From a virus (taxonomy: Duplodnaviria; Caudoviricetes): a stretch of 64,000 nt of DNA. Position numbers and translations under genes: made by a program. The stretch lies in IMG/VR virus record IMGVR_UViG_3300008107_006173; one strand, written 5' to 3'. Positions 8,343-17,493 of the stretch are shown piece by piece; the stretch's first letter is position 1; each line of letters begins with the position of its first letter. The notes beneath the pieces are model-generated. The model saw only the letters and a program-made list of their open reading frames with translations, was not told the origin of the DNA and did not search any database.

Positions 8343-8508
8343 CTACATTTACCTGCTGTCTTACTGGCTCATTCTTAGTTACAGTTACTTTTTGCGAGGG
8401 TACTGTATACAAAATACCTAACAGATAATCAATATCTAAAGTGATGCTTTTAGATCTTGATTTTTGTAGCTTCTCTAAGCGCCAAATTAATTTTTCAAGT
8501 TCTGTCAT
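8320..8508 (-). CDS. Hypothetical protein, 62 aa
   Basis: ORF overlapping both neighbours. Confidence 0.55.
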   Translation of the reverse strand: MTELEKLIWRLEKLQKSRSKSITLDIDYLLGILYTVPSQKVTVTKNEPVRQQVNVDGGGFKE

Positions 8509-9019
8509 TGTTACGCTTTTCTTTATTAAGCCTTTTTAGTTGCTGTCTCATTTCCAGCTCAGACTTATACGGGCCTTCATAGCCGTAGCGTAATAGTGTG
8601 GTTAGCTTTGGACCGTGTGACTGTTTCCAACCTTTACCAAAGTTGATACAGTAATATCCTGCTGCGTAGTATACATCGCTGCCTTCAATTTTAGTATAAA
8701 GGGGAATGTCATCTCGATAATCCGGATGACTTTCATCTACTGCGAACGGTGTTTCGTAGTCAACTTCATAGCCCTTGATATAATATGAATCGGGCTTGAT
8801 AGCAGCTGAAGTAATCTGCTTTTTAAAGAGAGTAGAATTACCAAAGTATTCCTCTACTTCGTGATCATCCTTAAAGTTTACAAGATCCTTACCGGTAATA
8901 TATGTAAATCGCTCTTGTGCATTCTTATTTAGAATGCCAAGTTTTTGATTACCCTGATGCACTAGCCATGCAACATCTGAGATCTGCTGTAGCATTGTTT
9001 TTGATGTAATGTCGTTCAT
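8495..9019 (-). CDS. Hypothetical phage protein, 174 aa
   Basis: SD AAGGA; exact TATAAATA at 9041-9048. Confidence 0.75.
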   Translation of the reverse strand: MNDITSKTMLQQISDVAWLVHQGNQKLGILNKNAQERFTYITGKDLVNFKDDHEVEEYFGNSTLFKKQITSAAIKPDSYYIKGYEVDYETPFAVDESHPDYRDDIPLYTKIEGSDVYYAAGYYCINFGKGWKQSHGPKLTTLLRYGYEGPYKSELEMRQQLKRLNKEKRNNDRT

Positions 9020-9048
9020 AGTGTGTTTCCTTGTGTAATATATTTATA

Positions 9049-9405
9049 TCAGTCAAATTTGGGAGGCAATTCGTATCCCTCAACCCTATCAGACTGATCG
9101 TCGCCTATAGTAAAGCTAAAATTGAGTACATTCTTGTAGATAAAACTGCGCCAGCCGTTTGCGTTTAAATCCCAAACACTTAAACTTTCTTCGCTGCGCT
9201 TTCTTGGCTCAGCACCTTCTGCTAAAGACTTTGGCAAGTGTTCAACCGGGATGAGCTTTTCATCTAGGGTACATAACATCTTTCTTTCTTCGCCGTTTTT
9301 CTTTAAGAAAGTAACGGTACCTGGACCTGCCCTCAGCATATCTTTAATCCAACCTCGAGCTTTTTCGCTATCAAATGGGTGTGCTTGAGTAGTTTCTGTG
9401 TTCAT
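9049..9405 (-). CDS. WYL_2/DUF2693-like SH3-fold protein
   Basis: VTFLKKNGEERKMLCTL ... VWDLNANGWRSF pattern typical of T4-like phage DUF2693 proteins. Confidence 0.65.
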   Translation of the reverse strand: MNTETTQAHPFDSEKARGWIKDMLRAGPGTVTFLKKNGEERKMLCTLDEKLIPVEHLPKSLAEGAEPRKRSEESLSVWDLNANGWRSFIYKNVLNFSFTIGDDQSDRVEGYELPPKFD

Positions 9406-9617
9406 TTTATTTCATCCAGTATAATTAAATCAGCTTGTTTACCAACAATTTTGTCAGTTACTTCTTCTCGTTCTGTATTGATCCACGGCGGTAGTTTTGA
9501 ACCTGGTGCTGCAAAAGGTCTGCGATAAACTGTTTCACCGTTACGCTCAAATATCCAAGCAAAGTCGGGTTCGCCGTTAGCTAATATCCAAAATGCTTTT
9601 TCAGCCTCAGTAAACAT
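9402..9617 (-). CDS. Hypothetical protein, 71 aa
   Basis: Coupled ORF. Confidence 0.6.
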   Translation of the reverse strand: MFTEAEKAFWILANGEPDFAWIFERNGETVYRRPFAAPGSKLPPWINTEREEVTDKIVGKQADLIILDEIK

Positions 9618-10143
9618 TATTCTCTTTTAGGATAGAGATATAATAATCCTGTCCCTTATAAATGTTGTCTTGGAAATTATCTGCTGCATTGTCATCAGCT
9701 CGATCACTAACATATTTGTAGCAGATAAATTCTACATTCGCATCACGGCAGGCCTTAGCAATGGCATAGGCTTCCATATCAACTAGGTCTGCACCTTGAG
9801 CATCAGCAGGATCTGTAACAAAGTTATCACCAGTACTCACATGAAGACCATCTGTGCTAAATGTAATTGGAGCACAGGCATCAACAGCATCTTGACCCAC
9901 AATACAACCGGACACCTTAAGGTCTCGCTGGCTAAACTTGGTACACTTGAAGATGCCACCATGGTCAACCGTGATACCGCCTGCGGTGCCAAAGTTAAAT
10001 ACACGCTTAGGCTTATAACGCTCGATTAGTGTAGCTGCAATAATAGCAGCATTGACTTTACCCACACCCGTGTAGAACACACCTGGTTTGTCAACAAGCT
10101 CAGGTGCTTCACCTTTGAGTGCAATTAGTACTAGATCATTCAT
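9607..10143 (-). CDS. mtnN: MTA/SAH nucleosidase-like (PNP_UDP_1 family)
   Basis: TGVGKVNAA, NFGTAGG, STGDNF, VDMEAYAIA, YVSD motifs. Confidence 0.75.
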   Translation of the reverse strand: MNDLVLIALKGEAPELVDKPGVFYTGVGKVNAAIIAATLIERYKPKRVFNFGTAGGITVDHGGIFKCTKFSQRDLKVSGCIVGQDAVDACAPITFSTDGLHVSTGDNFVTDPADAQGADLVDMEAYAIAKACRDANVEFICYKYVSDRADDNAADNFQDNIYKGQDYYISILKENNVY

Positions 10144-11153
10144 TATGCGTCAACCATAGTTACATTTTTAATTCCGGCGTTTAGAATATCACCAAAATCA
10201 TTTGCGCTGTCACTAAGACGCTGTAGGTCCCACTTAGCGCAAAACTTCATAAAGTAAATGCCAACATTGCTGACCTGCGGTTTATTAACTGCGTCTCGCA
10301 CAATAGTTCTACATGCATCCTTAATATCGTCGGGCTGTGCAGTAAGATCAATTAGTGTGCGATTGCGCTCATAGTCATCGCGAACACGGTGCTCTACTTC
10401 TTCGTGATCAGTCCAACGCTGTAACATGAAGTTATTGTAGTTAAATCCGCCACGCTCTCGATCCTCAAATGCTTCTGTAATGCCAGTCTTGTTCTTACTG
10501 CCCTTTAGTCGGGCACCAGGAAAGGCACTGAACACATTGTCAGTAGGGTCGCCTCGAACACACTTCTCAAACAGCACAAATTCAGGATCGCCTACATCCT
10601 TAGGCTTACCTGTTTTCTTGTCTATAACAGTCTTACCAGTCTTAGCGTTAATAACGCCATCAATTGATACGATTTCTTCTGTTGTGCCGTTGTATTGCTT
10701 TACATTGTCTGCCAGCAACTGATAAAAGTCGCTGTCTGTGCTAACAATAATATGCTCATCATTGGGATGAGTTTGTATCCAAGTAGCAATAAGGTCATCG
10801 GCTTCTGCTGTAGGGCAACGAATAACACTACAGTTTGTGCGTTCATCAAAGAACTTAATCATATTATCGTATGCTTCAAAGAAGAGTTCATCGTCTTCAA
10901 TCTCACGCGGTGTACGCTTGTTAGCAGTAACTTTGCGATTAGCCTTGTAGGGTGGATAAAAATCTTTGCGCCAACTACGACCTTCTAAACAGAATACAAC
11001 ATGACTACCATTAAAGTCTCGCCATGCTTTCTTAACGCTGTTAAACATGATATGCATCGCCATGCCTACTCGCATGTCAATGTCTTTGCCGCCGCCAACA
11101 TGCTTGGCCCGCATAAACATATTTAAACTGTCTACTAGAATGTAAGTTGCCAT
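10143..11153 (-). CDS. rnh: RNase H / 5'-3' flap exonuclease (T4 Rnh-like)
   Basis: LVDSLN, SWRKDFYPPYKANR, EADDLIA, VSTDSDFYQL, GDPTDNV. Confidence 0.9.
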   Translation of the reverse strand: MATYILVDSLNMFMRAKHVGGGKDIDMRVGMAMHIMFNSVKKAWRDFNGSHVVFCLEGRSWRKDFYPPYKANRKVTANKRTPREIEDDELFFEAYDNMIKFFDERTNCSVIRCPTAEADDLIATWIQTHPNDEHIIVSTDSDFYQLLADNVKQYNGTTEEIVSIDGVINAKTGKTVIDKKTGKPKDVGDPEFVLFEKCVRGDPTDNVFSAFPGARLKGSKNKTGITEAFEDRERGGFNYNNFMLQRWTDHEEVEHRVRDDYERNRTLIDLTAQPDDIKDACRTIVRDAVNKPQVSNVGIYFMKFCAKWDLQRLSDSANDFGDILNAGIKNVTMVDA

Positions 11154-11180
11154 ATATAGTCCTTTAGCAATTGTATACTA

Positions 11181-11209
11181 AGTATAGCTGAATAATCGCT
11201 TTTTGTCAA
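11181..11209 (-). promoter_or_regulatory. sigma70-like promoter TTGACA-N17-TATACT
   Basis: Read directly from the sequence, upstream of rnh. Confidence 0.7.
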
Positions 11210-11210
11210 G

Positions 11211-12473
11211 TTAATTTACAAATATCCAAAGATCTTCAAAGTTTCCATCGCGCTGTTTGTGTGCCTGTCTACCGCTGGATAAACCGCTCCACCTAACCTT
11301 AAGGTGCTTTTCAAATGAGAGGTGTTTTTCTACAACAGATTTCATATCTTGGCTTATATTGTTATCTACTTTGGCGAAGTTTCTGTAATTACTGATAATA
11401 AAACCAAACTTTGCCCCAGGTTTCATAACTGCCGCACACAATTTAACAGTTTCTTCCCAATATCCTGTAAGCCAATCTGCGTAGTTTGGGAAACTTATTG
11501 TACTTTGTTCCTCACCTGGATATATTTCTAAATCAAAATAAGGAGGACAAAATAATACAGCATCTACTCGATTAGAATATTTTTCTATAAAGTTGTGCCT
11601 TGCATCTAATTGCTCACTGGGACAAAGATAAAAATCAACACTTTTGTTGCTACCAAAGAACTGACTAAATGTATCCGTTTCTTTCCACCTAGTGTATGCG
11701 CTATGCAGATGATTGGCATTATCAACCACGTTAGGTATAACATCGGTAGCCACCATATGATTAAAATTACTATTATAGAAACCAAATTGGTATGCATTCC
11801 AGCCCATGCACGGACTGAATAAAACGTCACCGGTGAATTGTGTATCTAATATACTTTTAAATGTATATGGGTTAAAGATACTCGCTTTATTAGCACCGAT
11901 CCAAAAGTCTAACCAAAACTGTCCATAGTCATCTTCTGTGTTTATGATATGATCAAAGAATGCCGGAGCACATAGACTATTTCTAATATGAAAGTTTTCA
12001 TACATAACTTTGATCAAGCCAAACACATACTGACTATCGTTAGTATATAACTTTTTAGTGTTGTAAAAATCATCAAAATTTATGTTTTTACATACTCTAC
12101 CATACTTGCTGTTAGTCATGCCCATAAATGTATCATCTTGTAAGCAATTTCCTTCTGGCAAGTCAAAATAAAATTCTAATGGATTAAGTAACTCACCATA
12201 CCTTCTATAGAACTCATATAAACTAGTTTTAGCATCAGTAACCAATATTTGATACATTTTTTTGCAATAAAGTTCCAACAGTTCTTTTCTGTTATCAGAA
12301 TCTTTTTTAGTTACTCTAGCAATAAAAGTGTCAATATCACTACGCACACCAAATGTGCCGGTGGTGTCACTAATATTAAGGACACTCAATTGCTGCCTAA
12401 AGGTAGCATAGTCCACTGACTGTAGTTGGACAGTAGACAATAAATCATCAAAGGTGTGAGTAAGTTTTTTCAT
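11211..12473 (-). CDS. SAM-dependent DNA amino-methyltransferase (N4C/N6A type)
   Basis: Motif I-like LFSPCMGW, catalytic-like FCPPYFDLEIY, VMKPGAKFGFII. Confidence 0.7.
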   Translation of the reverse strand: MKKLTHTFDDLLSTVQLQSVDYATFRQQLSVLNISDTTGTFGVRSDIDTFIARVTKKDSDNRKELLELYCKKMYQILVTDAKTSLYEFYRRYGELLNPLEFYFDLPEGNCLQDDTFMGMTNSKYGRVCKNINFDDFYNTKKLYTNDSQYVFGLIKVMYENFHIRNSLCAPAFFDHIINTEDDYGQFWLDFWIGANKASIFNPYTFKSILDTQFTGDVLFSPCMGWNAYQFGFYNSNFNHMVATDVIPNVVDNANHLHSAYTRWKETDTFSQFFGSNKSVDFYLCPSEQLDARHNFIEKYSNRVDAVLFCPPYFDLEIYPGEEQSTISFPNYADWLTGYWEETVKLCAAVMKPGAKFGFIISNYRNFAKVDNNISQDMKSVVEKHLSFEKHLKVRWSGLSSGRQAHKQRDGNFEDLWIFVN

Positions 12474-12481
12474 ACACGTAT

Positions 12482-13222
12482 TTATTCAGTTTCGTAAACA
12501 ATAAACTCTTTAGGCCACTTTTTATAAATGTGAAACTGTGGACTATGATAAAGCTCACCTTCACCGGCACCCTTCATTTGTAGGCTAAAAATCTTTTCTT
12601 CATTTGGTCCCACACACCAAATGTTATAGTTATGGCCTCGTTTACTTTTGCTCATTGTCCAAACACAGTGATCAGTGATCCATTTAATATATTTGTAAAT
12701 ATCAACGATGATTATCTTATCTGTTTTTTTGTTTCGCCAAATTAAAAAATCTACTACATAATCATTATTTAGAGTTTGTAATAGTAGCTTAGGTAGAATT
12801 CCCTCTTTATTCTTTTTATTGAGCCAAGCGAGTACTTCTTCCCAGCCTGTAATATTATGAGATCCTAGTCGCTGCCGCCGGAGTTCTAGATTTTCATTTA
12901 GGGTTAAACCACTTTTCCAATCATTAAACTTTTGTATATCACAGGTACCAAACCATTTTTCAAATTTTTGAAAAATGATTTCAGGGGCATTTAAATAATT
13001 ACAAAATGCTTTGAGCGTTGTTGCATGTACTTGTGTATTGCTGCCACTGCCATTTTTAATACTAAAATAGATAGGATTTTCTGCAATACCAACAAGATCC
13101 ACTTTGGTTCCGGTACCTCCCAAAGTTTCAAACTGTTTAATAAAAAAGATTCCTTTGAGCAACTTTTGTAGGTTATCGCTACTTTCGTAATCTCTTCCTT
13201 CATAATATTCTTTACTAGCCAT
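12482..13222 (-). CDS. Putative PD-(D/E)xK restriction-type endonuclease
   Basis: GTKVD..(x10)..FSIK, SNTQVH, FSLQMKG; adjacent to the MTase; start moved to MASKE. Confidence 0.5.
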   Translation of the reverse strand: MASKEYYEGRDYESSDNLQKLLKGIFFIKQFETLGGTGTKVDLVGIAENPIYFSIKNGSGSNTQVHATTLKAFCNYLNAPEIIFQKFEKWFGTCDIQKFNDWKSGLTLNENLELRRQRLGSHNITGWEEVLAWLNKKNKEGILPKLLLQTLNNDYVVDFLIWRNKKTDKIIIVDIYKYIKWITDHCVWTMSKSKRGHNYNIWCVGPNEEKIFSLQMKGAGEGELYHSPQFHIYKKWPKEFIVYETE

Positions 13223-13249
13223 AGAGATCCTACTGTTAATTCTATACAC

Positions 13250-13277
13250 AGTATAGCAAAAATACTAGAAATGTCAA
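13250..13277 (-). promoter_or_regulatory. sigma70-like promoter TTGACA-N16-TATACT
   Basis: Read directly from the sequence. Confidence 0.7.
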
Positions 13278-13293
13278 CCAAAAATGGAGACAG

Positions 13294-13527
13294 CTAAGTT
13301 GATGAAAAGTCTTTGAGAATATCTTCTAAGCCGCTGCCGATAGGTGCAGATGCCTTTGCTTGTTCAAAGTCTCGCTCTAGATCTATCTTCAAAAACTTGC
13401 GATAGTTCTTTAGAATGAAGTCAACTTCACTAGGCTGCATCTCTGCAATCTTAGAATCAATGACAGGCTGTACAGCCTGCATTAACTGTATCAATTTACT
13501 TTTGGCTGTTATTTCGACGTTCGACAT
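13294..13527 (-). CDS. Hypothetical protein, ~77 aa
   Basis: Probable start MSNVEI. Confidence 0.55.
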   Translation of the reverse strand: MSNVEITAKSKLIQLMQAVQPVIDSKIAEMQPSEVDFILKNYRKFLKIDLERDFEQAKASAPIGSGLEDILKDFSST

Positions 13528-14011
13528 CGGGTCTTGCACTTGCTGATCTATCTGATTGCTCCAAACCATAGTCTTGGTCCGCAACTTCGTTTGCTAAAAT
13601 AGTCCTACAAACACCGTTGAACCATTTGTTAACAATATCTTCATCACTGCGACCTTCGTATCCATTTTCCTGTAGCATCTTAACAAACTCATCGTTCCAA
13701 TCAAGTTCGATATAGCCTGCCTGTGCGTTAACAGGATTGATGCCCATCTTTAGGACATTAATATATGGTTCTTTTCTAATGTCAGCAATTTTCTTATCAT
13801 ATGCTGTTTGACTTATTTCTTCACGCTTTAATTTCAAATCAAGTTTTGCAATATCTGCGTCTTCGTTTGTTTCAGCATTGATTTCAGCAAGTTTATCTTC
13901 TAAGTCGTTGCCGTCATAGTAGTACTCGGCTTCAGCAATAGCTCGTGTCTTTCCTGCAAGTCCCCAACTGGCTGGTAGCCAACTAAACGGGATTAATTTT
14001 TTCTTTTTCAT
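13496..14011 (-). CDS. Hypothetical phage protein, 171 aa
   Basis: ORF with SD AGAGAG. Confidence 0.7.
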   Translation of the reverse strand: MKKKKLIPFSWLPASWGLAGKTRAIAEAEYYYDGNDLEDKLAEINAETNEDADIAKLDLKLKREEISQTAYDKKIADIRKEPYINVLKMGINPVNAQAGYIELDWNDEFVKMLQENGYEGRSDEDIVNKWFNGVCRTILANEVADQDYGLEQSDRSASARPDVERRNNSQK

Positions 14012-14021
14012 AATATCTCTC

Positions 14022-14534
14022 TTACTTCAAAAACATCTGTAGTGTATATCTAGTATTTGTTCCTGTAACAGGATTTGTTTTGTGGGCAGCACCTTCAACT
14101 ATTGAATCAAAATATGCATAAACACCGCAATTAACTTTTTGTACAACTGCTACTTCGGCATCGTTGTCTAACCAAACAAATTCCCCACCCTCGGCATCAT
14201 CGCTTAAAAAAACAGTCAGCGAAGCCTTGCATGTATCTGTATGTAACGGAATACTGCAATCAGCAGGCATTTTTTGTACTGCAAACTGAGCAAACTTTAA
14301 CCGCTCGTCTCGACAGAATGGGAGATTTTGATTTGATGCTAGTGCTAATATTAATGCCATTCTGTCTCCGTCGGTAACAGTTTCAGAAAATGCTTCTGGT
14401 AGGGTGCAATTAGCTGTTGAAATTTCCGGCCACACTTCATAACTACTATTGTCGGTATTCTTTATCTGACAAAACCTGCTTTGAAGCATGTGCAAAATTC
14501 TATCATTGAAAACATTTTCTGTGTAGGTAAACAT
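14022..14534 (-). CDS. 2OG-Fe(II) oxygenase
   Basis: PLHTD (HxD), GGEF, AHKTNPV..RYTL (distal His and Arg). Confidence 0.75.
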   Translation of the reverse strand: MFTYTENVFNDRILHMLQSRFCQIKNTDNSSYEVWPEISTANCTLPEAFSETVTDGDRMALILALASNQNLPFCRDERLKFAQFAVQKMPADCSIPLHTDTCKASLTVFLSDDAEGGEFVWLDNDAEVAVVQKVNCGVYAYFDSIVEGAAHKTNPVTGTNTRYTLQMFLK

Positions 14535-15457
14535 TATTTTCCTATAGCATTTCCGTAAATGTGTACATGCACTCGACTTGTGTAGTTATACCCACGCTGT
14601 ATTGCTTCGTCTGCAATCATTGCTTCTGTTACTTTGAGGCCTTCCAAAGTGCCACCGACACCCATAATATAAACAGGAAAATTACAACCAGCTTGCCTAA
14701 AGCGATCAACATTTTCTTCTACTTCCTTCCAACTGGCTTCGCTGCCATTAACAACGAATTTTAGTTGTCCTCTGCTTGATAGTTTAGCATAGCTACCTAC
14801 TACATCGGGGCAAATTGCTCTCTTAGCTCTTTCTCCGGCTGTACTCCATAGCTTAGGACTGATACTCCAAAACCATTCTGTTGTACCATTTCCGTCAGGT
14901 ACAATGCCACCAAACTCGCTGCTAAACAAGAACTTTTCAGTAAGCCATTTTTCAAATTCTGCTGTTAGTGGTTGTGTACCATTAGTTTCAACTGTGACAT
15001 TGCGCGGCGCATTGCCCCTCTTAGCAAATTCGTTGATGATGGAGATCATGCCTTCCTGCGACTTTTTAAGCATAGGCTCACCACCAGTGAACACCATGTG
15101 TGTCCATTGCTTGCTTTTAGGATGTTGAAAACTACCACCCGGCAATAGTGCAGTTAAATTATCAACGGCTTCTTCAACTGTTTTGTCAGTCATTAAGTGT
15201 CTGAAACGCTTGCTCCATGTATAGCTACTGTCGCAACCCTTTTCAAACACAGGTAGATCTTCAACACGATGAATACCGCTGATATCAACTGTTTCGTAAG
15301 GCAGTTCGTAGGTCTTTGGATCGGTTGGATCCTTTTGTCCAAATCCATTACATTGGAGATTGCACATAAAGAATCGCATCCAAAGACTGGGAATACCTAC
15401 ATAAGCACCTTCGCCCTGTGCGCTATAGAATATTTCACTGTACTTGAGGTTTGACAT
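14534..15457 (-). CDS. queE: QueE-like radical SAM (7-carboxy-7-deazaguanine synthase)
   Basis: EIFYSAQGEG, MRFFMCNLQC, CDSSY, VFTGGEP, VETNGT, SISPKL, RVHVHIYG; the third Cys of CxxxCxxC is not at the canonical position. Confidence 0.8.
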   Translation of the reverse strand: MSNLKYSEIFYSAQGEGAYVGIPSLWMRFFMCNLQCNGFGQKDPTDPKTYELPYETVDISGIHRVEDLPVFEKGCDSSYTWSKRFRHLMTDKTVEEAVDNLTALLPGGSFQHPKSKQWTHMVFTGGEPMLKKSQEGMISIINEFAKRGNAPRNVTVETNGTQPLTAEFEKWLTEKFLFSSEFGGIVPDGNGTTEWFWSISPKLWSTAGERAKRAICPDVVGSYAKLSSRGQLKFVVNGSEASWKEVEENVDRFRQAGCNFPVYIMGVGGTLEGLKVTEAMIADEAIQRGYNYTSRVHVHIYGNAIGK

Positions 15458-15989
15458 ATTTCAATAACCTTTCGAGATCAAGGCTCATTTTAAAGTTTGT
15501 ATAATCAATTTCTCTACCATGTTTCTTGTGCATCTTAGTAAGGGCATTAAACACAATGGAGTGTACCTCTGAGTTTTCAAAGCCCCTCTCGCCCTTTTCT
15601 ACATCTTCGAGACAATCCACAATGATCAGTTCTAAACCATATCTAAACAAGTCGTCAATGGTTTCGCAATCATGGAGAATTGATTTAGCATAAGATATAA
15701 TTAGAAAATAGATTCTATCGGTGATAGCAGTTGCTTGAACATCTAAATCAACATCAGTTGAATTAGGGTCATCAGCAAAGTCTAATTCTAGTTTATCTTT
15801 CTTACTAGGCTTTGCCAAGTCAATAAAAGCATCTATGCACTCAAAAATTTCATCTACTGTTATAGGATATCGTTGGGTTACCCATGTAATATCCTTGTAC
15901 TCAGCAATAGCATCACAAACATCGATGATTTGTACACCCGTTCTGTCTAATACTAAAATGTTTCGAGGTCCTCGGTTTGAAATGGTCAT
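15435..15989 (-). CDS. Hypothetical protein, N-terminus DUF433-like
   Basis: RTGVQIIDVCDAI..ITWVTQRYPITVDEIFECI resembles DUF433. Confidence 0.55.
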   Translation of the reverse strand: MTISNRGPRNILVLDRTGVQIIDVCDAIAEYKDITWVTQRYPITVDEIFECIDAFIDLAKPSKKDKLELDFADDPNSTDVDLDVQATAITDRIYFLIISYAKSILHDCETIDDLFRYGLELIIVDCLEDVEKGERGFENSEVHSIVFNALTKMHKKHGREIDYTNFKMSLDLERLLKYVKPQVQ

Positions 15990-16210
15990 CGATATTTTCC
16001 TAGAAGCTTTGGCCCTGTGCTTTGAAATTCTAACCCGCTCATTGAGCCAATATAGATTTTGTATCGTTCGTTAAATTGCAGATTAACTCGTACTGTGTTC
16101 AATGCCACAGTTAGATACTTTCCTTCTACAAAAGTAATTACATCTGCCTCAACGGTATTACCATTGTCGATGCACTCAACAACCGCTGTGCGATCAAATG
16201 AGCTGTACAT
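15986..16210 (-). CDS. Hypothetical protein, 74 aa
   Basis: Coupled to folE. Confidence 0.65.
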   Translation of the reverse strand: MYSSFDRTAVVECIDNGNTVEADVITFVEGKYLTVALNTVRVNLQFNERYKIYIGSMSGLEFQSTGPKLLGKYR

Positions 16211-16891
16211 TTACTTACAGCCTTTGTTTACAATGTTCATAAACTCTGCACGAACCGCAGGGTCGCTCTTAAAGCAACCGCCCAGCTTGCTGGTAACTGT
16301 GCTAGAGCCAACATCTTCAACTCCTCTACTTTTTACGCAATAGTGTTGTGCGTCAATAACCACTGCTACATTTTCTGTTTCTAGAATGTAGCTTAGTGCA
16401 TGATAAACCTGTTCAGTTAGGCGCTCTTGAATCTGGGGACGCTTGCTGAAGTATTCAACGATACGATTGATCTTTGAAAGACCTAGTACCTTCTGTTTGG
16501 GGATATAACCTACTGTTGCAAGTCCATCGATAATAACAAAATGATGTTCGCAGTTGCTCTGTACATTAACATTGCGCTCTACAACCATCTCATCGTATTT
16601 CATTTTATTGTCAACGGTGGTACACTTGGGGAAAGCATCGTAGTCTAGCCCCCAAAAGATTTCGTTGACATACATCTTAGCAACACGCTTTGGTGTGTCC
16701 ATGAGACTGTCGTCTGATAGATCGAGACCCATGGTCTTCATAATTTCGGTAAAGTGACGCTCGATAATTTCAATCTTATCTTTGCGGTCAACACCGTTAT
16801 CTACTGTAGGGGTTTCAACACCCATCTGTACTAGGTGTTCGTGAACGCGACTGCCTAAATCAGGGTCGCACTTAGTTTTATTGAATGACAT
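16211..16891 (-). CDS. folE: GTP cyclohydrolase I
   Basis: [42 protein letters not shown]. Confidence 0.95.
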   Translation of the reverse strand: MSFNKTKCDPDLGSRVHEHLVQMGVETPTVDNGVDRKDKIEIIERHFTEIMKTMGLDLSDDSLMDTPKRVAKMYVNEIFWGLDYDAFPKCTTVDNKMKYDEMVVERNVNVQSNCEHHFVIIDGLATVGYIPKQKVLGLSKINRIVEYFSKRPQIQERLTEQVYHALSYILETENVAVVIDAQHYCVKSRGVEDVGSSTVTSKLGGCFKSDPAVRAEFMNIVNKGCK

Positions 16892-16949
16892 ATACTTCTC
16901 CTTCCTTACACGGATATAATTTAAGTTTGCTACCTTTGTGTAGCATAAT

Positions 16950-16957
16950 TATTTATC
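16950..16957 (-). promoter_or_regulatory. Late-type promoter motif GATAAATA upstream of folE
   Basis: Same octamer recurs upstream of several genes. Confidence 0.5.
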
Positions 16958-16990
16958 GAACTGCTTTTACAAGCTCTAGATTTCTTGTTT

Positions 16991-17458
16991 TTATCTTCGT
17001 TTCCACCAGTCTTCCCAGGGGAACACAAACCATTGGTCTTCTATGCTTCTAGATATTTCTCTGCCAGCATAGTCTATCTTAACCTTTGATTCAATATTCT
17101 CAATCGCCACAGCAACATAAAAGTCAACAAACTCTTGTGCTCGTATGACTTCAATCATCTCTGAAAGAGTTTTGCCCGAGTCGCAAATATCATCAACTAG
17201 GAACACAACATGCCCCCAGTATTTGTCTAAGATAGCTGTTAAAGATTGAATGTCCTTGTCCTCACCATCTCTGGTTTGCCATACTACAGGCACAAACGGA
17301 ACATCAAAATAGTTACTTAGTTTAATGCCAAAGTCAGCACCTCCTCGCATAGGCGCGATGATTACTTCGGGTACTACTCCGTCTTTGGCAACTTGACGAA
17401 TAACTTCACTATAGTAGTCATTCATTTCTTGGTGTGTTATATATTCGTATTTGGGCAT
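16991..17458 (-). CDS. Type I phosphoribosyltransferase (Gpt/XGPRT-like)
   Basis: APMRGG, PRPP loop VFLVDDICDSGKTL, C-terminal WFVFPWE. Confidence 0.85.
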   Translation of the reverse strand: MPKYEYITHQEMNDYYSEVIRQVAKDGVVPEVIIAPMRGGADFGIKLSNYFDVPFVPVVWQTRDGEDKDIQSLTAILDKYWGHVVFLVDDICDSGKTLSEMIEVIRAQEFVDFYVAVAIENIESKVKIDYAGREISRSIEDQWFVFPWEDWWKRR

Positions 17459-17493
17459 AATTTAATAATAGCTTATCTTTGGTCTAAAGTCAA

